Below, piece by piece: positions 13,136 through 34,065 of a stretch of 64,000 nt of DNA (its first letter is position 1; each line of letters starts with the position of its first letter). The notes beneath the pieces were generated by a model. The model worked only from the letters and a program-made list of their open reading frames with translations. It was not told the origin of the DNA and did not search any database. Source of the stretch: Salpingoeca rosetta (taxonomy: Eukaryota; Protista; Choanoflagellata); NCBI GenBank assembly GCA_033442325.1, contig JAWQFM010000024.1, positions 757,716 through 821,715 on the forward strand, read 5' to 3'. The position numbers and the translations under genes are program-made.

Positions 13136-13169
<34 letters not shown>

Positions 13170-13183
13170 CACACACAGACACA

Positions 13184-13226
<43 letters not shown>

Positions 13227-13827
13227 ACAGACACACAGACACACACACAAGCATTACCGATCGTGCCAACAAGGTATGCCTCTGCCAAGGTCTGTAGACA
13301 GCAAAACCAACCACACAAATCACACAAAGCAGGTACATGCATACACACACAGAGAAGGTGAGCGTGGAAAAGAGAGCTCGGGTGATTGGAGGCAAGTGCA
13401 CACGAGGATTCAAGGGCACTTACAAAGGCGCCGAGGAGGTAGAGGTTGGTTGGGAACTGGTGGCGCTTGACAAAGAGGGCCACAAGTGACACAAACGCAA
13501 ACAGAGCCGACAGCAGCACGCCGGCCTCGCTAAATGGCGTTGAAAATGCATACGATGGAAAGGCGCAACATCACCGTGTGAGCGTGTGAAACGGGGAAAT
13601 GCTGCACCGTGTGGGGGAGGTTAAAGCACGTGGCTGGCAAGAAAGCAAGGCAACCAAGGTGTAGCACGTCACACGACAAAGATGGACACAAGATGAACAT
13701 ACCCAAACACACAGGAAGAAGATGAACAAACAAGTACACAGGCAGATGATGAACAAACAAGCACACAGGCAGAAGATGAACAAACAAGCACACAGGCAGA
13801 TGATGAACAAACCCAAACACACACACA

Positions 13828-13902
<75 letters not shown>

Positions 13903-14317
13903 AGGATACAAACAGACAACACACCTTGACCCCAACACACAGACAGCACACAGCCGCAACTCACAACGTCTGCACGAAAGCGGAGATGGCGGGGAACTGA
14001 AAGATGCCGGTGACAATGGACGTGACCAGGAGCTGCGCTGCTACGATGCCGTAGACCTTGCGCAGGAACTTCATGCGCACGTCCACGGAGCATGAGGCAA
14101 CGTGCACGCCATAGTTGAAGTCGTCCTCCAAGCTCGTCGCCTTCTGGTCATCGGGGAGTTGTCCAAACAATGCAAAAGGTGCCTGCTTCGAGGCCTTGCC
14201 ACCATTCCCAGCAGAGGAGGAGGAGGCGGCTGTTGTGGCAGCGGAGGACATCGGGGGTGCAGAAGGACGCAGGTCACCCCACGTCTTGACTGCTGGCGTT
14301 GTCGTCGTTGTCGACAT
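12073..14317 (-). CDS. TMBIM4: Bax-inhibitor-1/TMBIM family protein, TMBIM4 (GAAP/LFG4)-like; part lost in the N-gap
   Basis: [52 protein letters not shown] and C-terminal [18 protein letters not shown] are characteristic of the family; spread over several exons. Confidence 0.88.
12131..12230. other. Assembly gap (100 N); similar 100-N gaps at 18990-19089 and 38338-38437
   Basis: Runs of N, mostly flanked by (CA)n or (CT)n microsatellites. Confidence 0.99.
12287..12582 (+). pseudogene. Degenerate partial copy of the RTK kinase exon and its preceding intron (source ~8220-8513)
   Basis: Near-identical to 8220-8513 ([29 protein letters not shown]), but VAVK has become FAVN. Mismatches increase toward the adjacent N-gap. 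It lies antisense inside the TMBIM4 gene. Confidence 0.6.
13692..13820. repeat. 27-bp minisatellite (~4-5 copies) in a TMBIM4 intron
   Basis: Unit GATGAACAAACAAG(C/T)ACACAGGCAGA(A/T) repeated in tandem. Confidence 0.8.
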
Positions 14318-15041
14318 CTTTGGCTCGTTGTACAACAACTTTGTGTGTCGCGGTCGTGTGAGAGCGAAATGAAAGAAGACAGCATGAGCAGTAGTCGGAT
14401 ATGAGAGGACAGTTGCGACTGCACAGATGCAGTGTTGATGACCGTGGTGTCTTGCTTGTTGCTGGGCCGCTGCCTGGAAACGGCAGTGGTTGCTGGGATG
14501 GTGTAGGGGCCAGCGTGGGTTTCCCCGGTGAAACGAAGCACTTCAGTTGGGAGTCACGTATCAACGGGCCCCATTCCCCGGCAACGCACCTGCAACTGCA
14601 GCAGCAACCACAGCAACCCCACCAACAGCCCCAACAACACCCACAAACCAGCACACGACTTTGCAGCACAAAGACTGCACACAAGACTTTGCTCCACTGC
14701 CCTAACCGTGCTGCAATAAGTTTTTTGTGACTTCCTGCCTCTGTTGCTCGCTGCCCACCGCAAGGCATGGCGGCGGCGAGGGTGCGCTCACTCAAACCAG
14801 TGAGTGGCGCTGGGCAGGTTGTGCACCACTTTCTTTCGTCGTGCCACTTGATCACATCGCTCGCAGACACAGACACAGACATACACCACCCCATACAGAA
14901 GCTCCGTGTGTGCGTGTGACTGCAAGCACGACTGACCGATACAAGACAACCCACACTCGCTTCCATTCCCCTTTGTGTTTGCTGTGTTGAACAAGCTGCT
15001 TGGCCGGTCTTCATCAATTGGCAGAGCAGCAACCTGCACTC

Positions 15042-18000
15042 ATGAAGGTCATGAAGGCTGCACTCATGGCCGCGTTTGTCGTGGCCTTATTCCTGCTGAA
15101 TGGAGCCCTCTCCATGCCAATCACGCCGCCAGGTATGGCCGACACTCAACGCCCATCCTTCTCTCAATGTTGCTCGTTGCTTCTGCAGCCTCGTTGGGAG
15201 TGGCGTGCAGCGTGCTGCCTCTCTGCCAGTCTGTCCCACTTCCAGCTCGCGGCGACGTCTCGTTTCCACGCTATTCTGTCTCCACTCGCGTCTCCCTCAC
15301 CCCCTAATCCTTTCTTGCTTCCTGCCTGGGTCTTGGTGTACGTGGGCACCGTCACAGGCCACCCCGCCCTGGCTTACTATCCGCTGAACGAGCAAACGGG
15401 CACCACCGCCCATGAAATCATTGCCGGCCGCCACGGTGGGTACGTGAACGGCCCCACGCTCGGTGAGAGCGGTGCCGTGATGGGGTCGTTGGCACCGCGC
15501 TTCACGCCCGCAGACAACTCGTACGCGGTTGTGCCGCACTCGAGCGACTACGAGCGCGGGGACATCACCATCTCGCTGTACTACCTGACGACGGAGACAA
15601 GCACGGGGATGGTGCAGGGCATCCTGAGCAAGACGGACCCATACCGGACACGGCACGGGGACGTGGAGGTGTACCTGGATGGGCCGCGGCTTGTAGTGCG
15701 CGCGTACGGGCGCGATGGGATGCTGCACGAGATCCGGAGCGAGCTTCCTGTTGGGGCGTTTAGGTGGCGGCACCTTGTGCTGTCGTACACGGCTGGACGC
15801 CTTGTTGTGTACCTGGACGGTGAGTCAGCGTGTGTGTGTGTATGTGTGTGTGTGTGTGTGCGCATGTGTGTGTGTGCATGTGTGTGTGTGTGTGTGTGCA
15901 TGTGTGTGTGTGTGTGATTGTACATGTGGTGCATCCTATTTTGTGGTGCGGTGCTTGACATGTGACTTGCTCCTCTTTCCCTCAACTGACCTTTCTCCTC
16001 CATGCATACTTTTGATTTAGGTGCTGAGTTTGGCCGGATTGACGCTGATGTGTCGCTTGAGTGGAACCGGAATCACATGATCCTCGGCAACACACCGAGC
16101 AGGCAGCGCGCCATCATGGGTGGCATCGACAACGGTGAGAATTGCTTCAGTCAAAACTATGACACCTCACACATGCTACCTGCTTCCCCTATGCAATATG
16201 TGACTGCCGAATGACATGGATGCGCGGCTCATGTTGTGCTGATTGTGGCGTGTGGTCGACAGTGGGCGTGTTCTGGGGAGCACTCGACCCAATGCAGGTG
16301 CAGGCCGAGCTGGACGACCTTCAAGGCCAAACAACGACAACGACAACGACAACGACCATAACCACGACAACCACGACGACCACCACCACGACAACTACGA
16401 CTACCACAACTACCACCACCACTACCACCACAACTATAACTACAACGCGAACCACAACAAGGACCACAACACGAACCACAACAAGAACCACAACAAGGAC
16501 CACAACAAGAACCACGACAGCGACCACCACCACAACAACAACAACAACAACAACAGCGACGACGACGACGACGCTCGGCTGTCCGCCCTCTGGCATCTTC
16601 CAGTACTACCGCATGGATGAGCAGCGTGGCACGGTTGTGCGTGGTGCCATAGGGTCAGCTGGCCACGGCGGGTACGTGAACGGCCCCACGCTCGGTGAGA
16701 GCGGTGCCGTGATGGGGTCGTTGGCACCGCGCTTCACGCCCGCAGACAACTCGTACGCGGTTGTGCCGCACTCGAGCGACTACGAGCGCGGGGACATCAC
16801 CATCTCGCTGTACTACCTGACGACGGAGACAAGCACGGGGATGGTGCAGGGCATCCTGAGCAAGACGGACCCGTACCGGACACGGCACGGGGACGTGGAG
16901 GTGTACCTGGATGGGCCGCGGCTTGTAGTGCGCGCGTACGGGCGCGATGGGATGCTGCACGAGATCCGGAGCGAGCTTCCTGTTGGGGCGTTTAGGTGGC
17001 GGCACCTTGTGCTGTCGTACACGGCTGGACGCCTTGTTGTGTACCTGGACGGTGAGTCAGTGTGTGCGCATGTGTGTGTGTGTGTGCATGTGTGTGTGTG
17101 TGTGTGCATGTGTGTGTGTGTGTGTGATTGTACATGTGGTACATCCTATTTTGTGGTGCGGTGCTTGACATGTGACTTGCTCCTCTTTCCCTCAACTGAC
17201 CTTTCTCCTCCATGCATACTTTTGATTTAGGTGCTGAGTTTGGCCGGATTGACGCTGATGTGTCGCTTGAGTGGAACCGGAATCACATGATCCTCGGCAA
17301 CACACCGAGCAGGCAGCGCGCCATCATGGGTGGCATCGACAACGGTAATCGTGCATGCGGATTGTTGAGGTGGTGCTCGACGGCTTGGCGGCGAGGGTGT
17401 TTGAGCAGTCTCTGCCTGTCACTGTCCAGTTGTGAGTGGTGTTAGATGTCACGCTAACGTTGTGCACTACTGCTGTGGCTGGTGCAGTTGGCATTCTGTG
17501 TGGGACGTATGATGCTGCTGGAGCACTGGCTGCATTGGACGGCGCACCTGTGGCCACAACAACGACCACAACCACAACAACGACCACAACCACAACCACA
17601 ACTACGACGACCACCACGACCACGACGACGACCACCACGACGATTCGAACAACCACCCGCCCAACAACGACGATGACGCGAACCCGATCCGTTACGCGCA
17701 CGACAACAACACGACCTCGAACGACCACCGTCGCGACTCGTCCTCCCACCACAACTCGAACGACCACGAGGACCACTACCACCACGACAACTACCACAAC
17801 CACAACCACCACGACGACGACAACAACAACGACGACGACGACGACGACGACTACAACTACTTCGACAACCACGGCGTGCCAGCCTGCTGTCTGCAACTGC
17901 CGCCCCGAGGCCATTCTCGAGTACTACAACTACGACGGCTGCACGCGGTGCCGGTGTTTGCCAAGCGCGCTGCTCACGATCCACGTCGAGGCAGCCAATG

Positions 18001-18891
18001 GCTCTCCACTCAGCGGTTACGGTGTTGAGGTGAGCGGGCGTACACCCCGGTCTGGCATGACAGACAGCAGCGGCAGCGTCACGTTCCGCGTGGTTCTCGG
18101 CGAAGATTACTCCGTTGTCGTTCGTCGGCCCAATGACGACGTGCAGGCAATGGAGGACGTGTATGTGAATGAGGCGATGGAACTGCGAGAATACATTGTT
18201 GCAACCACCACGACTACAACTACCACGACTACAACAACCACAACAACAACCACAACAACAACCACAACAACTACAACAACCACAACAACTACAGTCACGA
18301 CAACCACGACAACGACGACAACGACGACAAGCAGCAGCACGACTGCCTCTGGTGACAATAGCGGTGACACGACCACGACAACAACAAGCACAACTTCAAC
18401 AACATCCACCACAACAACTTCCACAACTGAGCCGTCCACCTTCACAACCACCACGACAACCACGACAACCACGACAACGACAACCACCACCACGACTGCA
18501 ACCACTACCACCACTACAACCACACTGCCGCCACCGCCTTGCTTGGATCACGCGGCACAGGACATTGTGCTTCTGCTCGATTCATCATCCAGGTGCGCGC
18601 CGTGTCCGATTCAACTTTGATTGAAGGAGTGTTTGAAAGCGCTTGCTTGTGCCCACTCGTGTTGCTACCTCTCACATCACACATATGCACGCACACGCGC
18701 ACAACAGCCTTGGATTTAGTGGGTGGCAAGACGTGCAGGCGTTTGGCGCCAACTTTGCGCGCAGCCTTGACATTGACGATAACCGTGGACGGTGCGTGTT
18801 GGTGTTTGAGCTGTGATTGTTTCCGAGGATGTTGACGTGATGCTTCTCGTCTTTTCTTGCTGCTTGTCCGATTGCTCCGACCCCCCGCGAG

Positions 18892-18981
<90 letters not shown>

Positions 18982-20070
18982 CTCTCTCGNNNNNNNNNNN
19001 NNNNNNNNNNNNNNNNNNNNNNNNNNNNNNNNNNNNNNNNNNNNNNNNNNNNNNNNNNNNNNNNNNNNNNNNNNNNNNNNNNNNNNNNNACACACACACA
19101 CACACTCACACTCACACACACACACACACACGCACACATGCAACCACACAACCGCGCCGCCTGCGTTTCGCCCAACAGGCTGGCTGTTGTTGCATTCTCG
19201 ACGGAGACGCGGCAGCTGCTTGACCTTGACGATGTGTACAATGCCGATCTCATTGCAACGCTGATTGAGATTTACCCGTTCCTCAACGGCGCCACCGCCA
19301 CCGCCGCCGCCCTCAATTTCGTCCACGATGATCTGGCCACCAACGTCGCTGCGGGCCGCCGGCCCTGGCTTCCGCTCACGATCGTCACAGTCACGGATGG
19401 CATCCCGACAGAGCCGTCGCCGCAAGTCACGGCAGCTGTTCAGGCGCTGCAGGCTGCGGGTGCGCGGCTCGTGGCTGTTGGCGCCGGCCCGGCTGTGCCG
19501 CTGTCGACGCTGCAGCTGCTGGGACCCGACGGTGTTGTGCAGGTGCCGCTTGTTGAAGACCTTGCATCCCTCAGCACAGCGTACGATGCCATCAGCACGG
19601 CGGTGTGCCCGGTTGTTCCGCCTGCGCAACGCAACGTGAACGTGACGGGCGTGGTGACGCGCACGGACAATGGCATGCCGCTTCAGAACGGAGTGGTGGT
19701 GGTGAACGGCCCGACAGATGTGGTCGCTGTTGTCTGCGATGATGGCACGTTCACGGTTGAGCTGCTGGAGGGCGGCGAGTACACGCTTGCTGTTGGTGTC
19801 AATGGTGTGTTTGTGATGGATGTGGTGGAGTTTGTTGCGTATGAAGGGTTGCATCTGGAGGTGGAGGTTGATCCGTCCTCTTTCCCAACTACCACAACGA
19901 CAACCTCAACGACCACCACAACGTCAACCACAACCACAACCACAACAACCACAACCACAACCACAACAACCACAACAACCACCACCACCACCACAACCAC
20001 AACCACAACCTCAACGTCAACCACCACCTCAACGACGACTGATGCTGTGGCATCATCCACAGCACCATAG
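15042..20070 (+). CDS. Secreted mucin-like protein: signal peptide, 2x LamG/concanavalin-like domains, poly-Thr tracts, small Cys module, 2x carboxypeptidase-regulatory-like beta-sandwiches, vWA domain
   Basis: MKVMKAALMAAFVVALFLLNGALS signal peptide; LamG-like YYPLNEQTGTTA...WRHLVLSYTAGRLVVYLDG..GGIDN; CQPAVCNCRPE..DGCTRCRC; vWA DIVLLLDSSS (MIDAS-like), GATATAAAL, IVTVTDG; four Thr-rich tracts; TAG at 20070. An N-gap at 18990-19089 interrupts the vWA region. Confidence 0.85.
15438..17346 (+). repeat. Near-identical intragenic duplication (LamG exon-intron-exon unit, ~690 bp)
   Basis: 15438-16136 versus 16670-17346: coding sequence essentially identical (one synonymous CCA/CCG difference seen); the intron is shared except for (TG)n length and a few bases. 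Confidence 0.92.
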
Positions 20071-20503
20071 ACGCCCCTCCCTTTGTTTGATACGCGTGCG
20101 TGCGTGTGTGCGTGTGTGTGTGTGTGATGTTGTTGTCTCATCTCATTACAGTTACACGAGTGCATGTCACGACTACAGTGTTCAAGTTTGGTGCGCCATT
20201 GTGCATCATGTCACGCAACAAACAAAACACATGTATCACTGTGAAGAAGCGTCATTGCTAAAAGCAGCACGCAAGTGGCAGAGAGCAGTGTATGAAGCAG
20301 CAGGCATCAGCAGAGAGCAAACAACAACGGCACAAAGAAGAACAGTGATGGAACAACAATCAACGTCAGAAACGCGCGCAACGAAAGAGAGACACAAGCG
20401 AAGGGAAGAGCAAGAGAGAAGAGAGATTGGAACCTGTGTTTGAAATGACAAAACCAGGCGCACATCCGTGCTGTGTGTGAGCGTATGTGGATGTGTCATC
20501 AGC

Positions 20504-26658
<6,155 letters not shown>

Positions 26659-27037
26659 GGCGTCTGTTTCCGTGTGTCTGGTTGTGGCTGTGCGCTGCAC
26701 GGACGTCAAAACGATTACAACACACAATGGCGTGGGTAAATGTGGCGTGAGGAGGTTGAACCGTGGCTGTGTGGGGTGCTCGAGGTGCGGTGGGACGGGC
26801 AAGGGAGACAGAGAGGGGGGGGGAGCAAGGCACACAGGGGCTTCTTCCTTCCTTGCTCACTCACTCTCACTCTTTGTTGGCGTTCGTGCTCTCGTAACCG
26901 TGTGTCCTCTCAGTAGAAAATCAGTGATAATACCCACCATTCTTCCATTCTGCACGTGTTGTGCAAGGTCACTTTATGCTGTTCTGCGTGTGTATGTGTG
27001 AATATGTGTGAATATGTGTGTGTGTGTGTTTGTGTGA

Positions 27038-27084
<47 letters not shown>

Positions 27085-27660
27085 CGCGCTCTCTCTCTGT
27101 CTCTCTCTCTCTCTGTCTCTGCCTCTCTCTGTCTCTTTCTTTCTCTCTGTGTCTGACCGTCTCGTCCGTCCATCTGACCCTCTCATCGCCCTCACAGTCT
27201 CAACTGCAACGCAGAAGCACAGACTGTCGTCATGTGACATAACATGATGTGATGATGACGACGCTGCAAAGCACAGATTCAAACAAGAAGGCCGCCAGGC
27301 CATGTCTCAAGGCAACAACGACAACAACAGCAACTACCAAAGGCGAGCCACCACAACCCCCATTCCGCAAGCAAGCTATCAAACCAACCTCCAACACGGC
27401 CAACCTAGGCAAACAATCTGCACACACAAACACACACGCACACATGTACAATGTACACATGCACCACACACAGACATGTACAATGTACACATGTACCACA
27501 CACACACGTACACACACACACCCACACACTCACACACATGCACACATGTACACACACACACACATGCACACACACACACACACGTGTACACGACCCACAA
27601 CACAGCCCCACATTCCATCCCTTTTCTTGTCTCCATCTTCACCAATGACGGACGCTCAGC

Positions 27661-29641
<1,981 letters not shown>

Positions 29642-30150
29642 CGTGTGTGAGGTAAGAGAGAAGGGTAAGAGAGAAGGAAAGATGAAGAGGGTGAGGAGAG
29701 GGGCCGATAGGGACTCAAAAGTGGTGGACGGTGTGTCAATTCGGTGGTGCGTGGTGTTGGTGTGCGCGTTGTTGTTTGTGGGTGTGGTATGGGCGATTTG
29801 CCATATCTTTCGATGGTAGTACCAAAATTTTGTCAGCCGCTGCTGCCGCACAACGACAACGACCACAGCAGACAACCAACCACGAAGACGACAACCACAC
29901 GACGACACACCACAACATCATCATCACGCACGTCAAGCAGCCAGTCGGCCAGTCCACGAACCCCATCGTTCTCCAAGTCCAAGTTCATCTGTACACATTC
30001 AGCTCTAGTTCATCTGTGTACATTCAGCTCTTCTCACCCCCACACAACATACACACACAAATACACCCAAATACACACATACACCCAAATACACACACAC
30101 ACCCAAATACACACACACATACACACATACACACATACAACACACACAAG

Positions 30151-30939
30151 ATGCCGCTCCCCCCTGTTGTGCAAGCACATTTGAATGGTGGTGATGAAAG
30201 ACATCGCCAGCCGCTGAGGCCGTCAAACAACGGGGCCGGGCCATATGCGGCGCGGCCAGCCACCGGTTCGTCGTCGTCCTCGGCATCCTCGGCATCCTCG
30301 GCCTCCTCCGTGCCACCGGGCCCTTCTGCGTACAAAGCCCGCAAGCCCGCATCGAGGGCCGCGCGGCGGTCCGCAGCCACGACGTCTGTACAGGAGCAAG
30401 AGCATGTGCTGCGCGCGCTGAGCAAGGCGTTGGACGAGGGCCACGCCACCGTGATCACAGCGCTGACCGCCCGCCTCGTCAACGTCAAGGCTGCGCGCGT
30501 TGTCGTCGACCAAGGCCTGGATGCCGTGCTGTCCACGGTGGTGCACGTCAACGACCCTGCGCTGCTCGTGGACGTGAGCGCGTACATTGCAGAGGAGCTG
30601 CGCAAGCCCGAGAGCCGGGAGAAGACGTCGCTGGGCGCGTGCCTGGAGGTGCTTCCCTTGGTGGAGCTGCTGATCAAGAAGCCCTTTGAGGAGTACATTT
30701 CCGCTGGCCTGAGGATCGTCGACGCCATTGTGGACGCGTGGAAGGATGATCTGCGCACGGCGGCGAGGCAGGCCAACGCCATGAACCCAAAGGACGTCGG
30801 TAGCGTCAACTTGCAGAACGTGTTTCTGAAGCTCATCACCATCCAGACTGCCGTGGAGAAGCTGGCAAAGCGCCCGGACGTCAGCACACACACGCTGGCC
30901 AGCGCACTGCACACAAAATTGAGCGCACTCTCGTCGTAA
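30151..30939 (+). CDS. Katanin p80 C-terminal (con80) domain protein lacking WD40 repeats (KATNBL1-like), single exon
   Basis: GHATVITALTARLVNVK, NDPALLVDV and SLGACLEVLPLVELLIKKPFEEYISAGLRIV resemble the katanin p80 con80 region; the N-terminus is low-complexity. Confidence 0.75.
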   Translation: MPLPPVVQAHLNGGDERHRQPLRPSNNGAGPYAARPATGSSSSSASSASSASSVPPGPSAYKARKPASRAARRSAATTSVQEQEHVLRALSKALDEGHATVITALTARLVNVKAARVVVDQGLDAVLSTVVHVNDPALLVDVSAYIAEELRKPESREKTSLGACLEVLPLVELLIKKPFEEYISAGLRIVDAIVDAWKDDLRTAARQANAMNPKDVGSVNLQNVFLKLITIQTAVEKLAKRPDVSTHTLASALHTKLSALSS

Positions 30940-31329
30940 CTCGTGCTTGCCGTGTTGATGTGTGTGTTTGTGTGTGTGTGTGTGTGTTGTGTTGTGTTGT
31001 GTGTGTTGATGTGTGTTGTGTTGTATGTGTATTGTGTTGTGTTTTATGTGGATTGTGTGTGGATTGTGTGTGTATGTGTTGCAGTGGTGTTGTTTTTTTG
31101 TATTCGCCTGTGCGCACTCTCTCTCTCTCTCTGTCTCTCTCTCTCCTCTCGTGCGTGAAGAGTAATATCTTGATTTGTTGCTGATGTGAGTGTTACATGG
31201 CACATGGGAACCAGACAATGCTTGTTGCATGGTTTTGATTGTCTAACAGAGCGTTTCGCTGTTGTCCGTTCATCAATACGTGCCAAGTCCTTTTCTTTCA
31301 CCCTTCTGCCCCTTTGCTTTGAGTTTCAT

Positions 31330-31394
<65 letters not shown>

Positions 31395-31697
31395 GTGTGT
31401 GTGTGTGTGTGTGTGCGTGGTTATGCGAAGAACATTGTCATCCCTATCCCTTTACTTTGCGAGTAAATCAAACAGCTTGCAGCTTTTGTCACAACACACA
31501 CACACACACACACTCACACTCACTCACACATAGCACATATCAAAGAGCGGCAGAAGCAATAACAAGAATCAAAAAGGTGCACAAGTCAAAAAAACAAAAA
31601 CAAACGCGATCGTCCATGTCGTTCCACCCTCACGCCACAACTCTTCTTCCTTCACTTCTTCAGCATCAAGACCAGTGCAAACACCTGGCTCGAACCA

Positions 31698-32657
31698 TCA
31701 CTGCACACTCTTCTTCTTCTTCTTCTCATCACCAGCACCATCGCCACCATCGGGTGTACCACTGTCGGCTGATGTGGTCACTGCCTGGCCGCCATCCTTG
31801 CCCTTGCCCGCGTGCTCCCTCGTCCATCGCATGCGCTCCTGTCTGCGTCTCTCTCGCTTCTCTCGCTTTCTTCGGCGCGCCTCCTCGTTCACACGTCCCT
31901 TTGCTGCCTTTTGCACCTTCTCTCCTTCCTTCCCTTCACCCATGCTCTCATCCTTGGCACCTGCTTGCTTCAACCCACTTCCCTCTTTCCCTTCACCCTC
32001 CTCTTCACCCTCTTGCTGCTCTCCCTCTTTCTTCGTCTGCGCGTGCGTTCCATCAATCACATCGCGCGCATTTGCACGCGCGCACTCCAACGTGGTCGCC
32101 ACCGCCCTCGCCTGCATGCGTGATCATATAGGTGTGCGTGTGTGTGTGCGTGTGTGAATAAAGCCGAAGGTTGGAGCCAGGAGATCAGACCTACACTTCA
32201 ACAGACACATTCATGTACATAAACATACTCACTCCACAACACACACACACGTACACACACGTACACACACGCACACACACGCACGCAACCACTCACATAC
32301 ACACAACACAACACACAACACACAACACCACCACCACCGCCGCCGCCACGATTGTCACCTTGCGAAAGAGGGCGACAAACGCCGGGCGGGGCACATCCTG
32401 TGCGCCCATATCGTACTTGTACTGCATGCCCATGCCAAAGTCCCACGCCATGAAGCCACGACGGCGGAGCAGACAGCCCAGCGCACAGAGCTGCACAGAG
32501 CCTGCACCGCTCTCCCGCGTGAACCCAGTCGCACTGGTGGTGGGTAGTGGTGTGGTGATGGGACATGAGAGGGGTTTGGGGCATTGGGAGAGGGTGGTTG
32601 AGGTGTTTGAGCGTGCTCAAAATTGAACACACGCAGTGATTTGATTGTGCATATCAT

Positions 32658-32728
<71 letters not shown>

Positions 32729-33303
32729 CACACACACACGCAGCACAAGCACACACACATGCACATGCACGCAGCACAAACACACACACACACACACAGT
32801 ACAAGCACCGTACAAGTACACACACACGCACACATACACATCTGCACACTGACCTGGTGTAGATGCTGCCGCATGCCCATCCAATTTCACCCGCCACCAG
32901 ATCATCGCCGTCCCACACCTCGATGGAGTGCATGCGCACGCCGTGGGCCGGGTGGCGGTACATGTCGAGAAACTCCTTTGCCAGAAGGCCGATCCAGTTC
33001 ATGCCGTGCTGCTCCACACACTTGTCCAGCACGGCCTCGAAGCACGTGTCCACGGAGAACTCGAGCTTGCGTGCGCGCTTGCGGCAGGACCGCGACACGC
33101 GCAGTCGTGACAGGTCAGTGACGACGCATCGCTCCTCGTGCAGCTTCGGCAGCACCACGCTGCGCAACTTGCCGCGGACGGGGGTGGCAATGGGCAGGAA
33201 GCCGCCATAGCACAGACGCTGCATGAACCCCGTGTCGCGGCTCACGCACCAGCAAAAGTCCCCAGCACCCTCGCTTCCCGCCAGCACATCCACAAACTGC
33301 ATT

Positions 33304-33378
<75 letters not shown>

Positions 33379-33465
33379 GTGTGTGTGCGCGCGCGCGTGT
33401 GTGCATGTGCATGTGAGCTTGCCTGGGCCGCTACATCTTCGTACTCGCGTCAAGAATCAACACAT

Positions 33466-33512
<47 letters not shown>

Positions 33513-33650
33513 AGAGGGGAGGAATGGGCGATACGCCAGGTACGGCGAGTACCGCAGGACCGCCTTTGCGGTGGCAATCTCCACAGCCCTATCAACAAGG
33601 TCGAGCGTAAGAGAGTGTGCGTCGTGTTGTCGTGGAGCCGTGACGAGTGC
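31698..33650 (-). CDS. Leucyl/phenylalanyl-tRNA--protein transferase (aat) family homologue; 5' end uncertain
   Basis: Exons ~32855-33300, ~32358-32533 and 31698-32111 splice to GGFLPIA..LPKLHEERCV..FSVDTCFEAVLDKC..NWI..HSIEVWDGDDLVAGEIG..GSIYTSATGF..GAGSVQL..WDFGMGMQYK, followed by a charged low-complexity tail. Confidence 0.8.
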
Positions 33651-33970
33651 ATGTCACGCTGGACCACAACAAGACACTGGCTGATGGCACACAGCATCAC
33701 GCAGCTGTGCAGATTTCACCACAAACACACACTTTTGTTTGTCGTCAGCAGTTGACATCGCTGGCTGTCTCGCTTGCTTGGTCTGGGTCTGCTTGCTTGC
33801 TTGGTTGGTCTGCTTGCAGTGATTGCGATCGCTGTCAACGAGATGAAGGGGGTGTGTGCGAGTTTTGGTCCTGCCGATAACACGACAGCATGAATTGATC
33901 GCCCACAATTCAAAGCAAATTGAGAGCGAGGAAGACTTCACGTGGCTCCGCACACACACACACACACGCC

Positions 33971-34046
<76 letters not shown>

Positions 34047-34065
34047 CACACAGAGCACGGCCAGG

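Noticed and set aside
13692-13820. 27-bp repeats (also a 2-copy 27-mer at ~21197-21249) as CRISPR-like repeats
   Set aside because: They are head-to-tail tandem copies without spacers inside eukaryotic introns, i.e. ordinary minisatellites.
16321-20040. (ACN)n tracts as non-coding satellites or as antisense poly-Val membrane proteins
   Set aside because: They are in-frame poly-Thr mucin tracts with mixed synonymous codons in the plus-strand gene.
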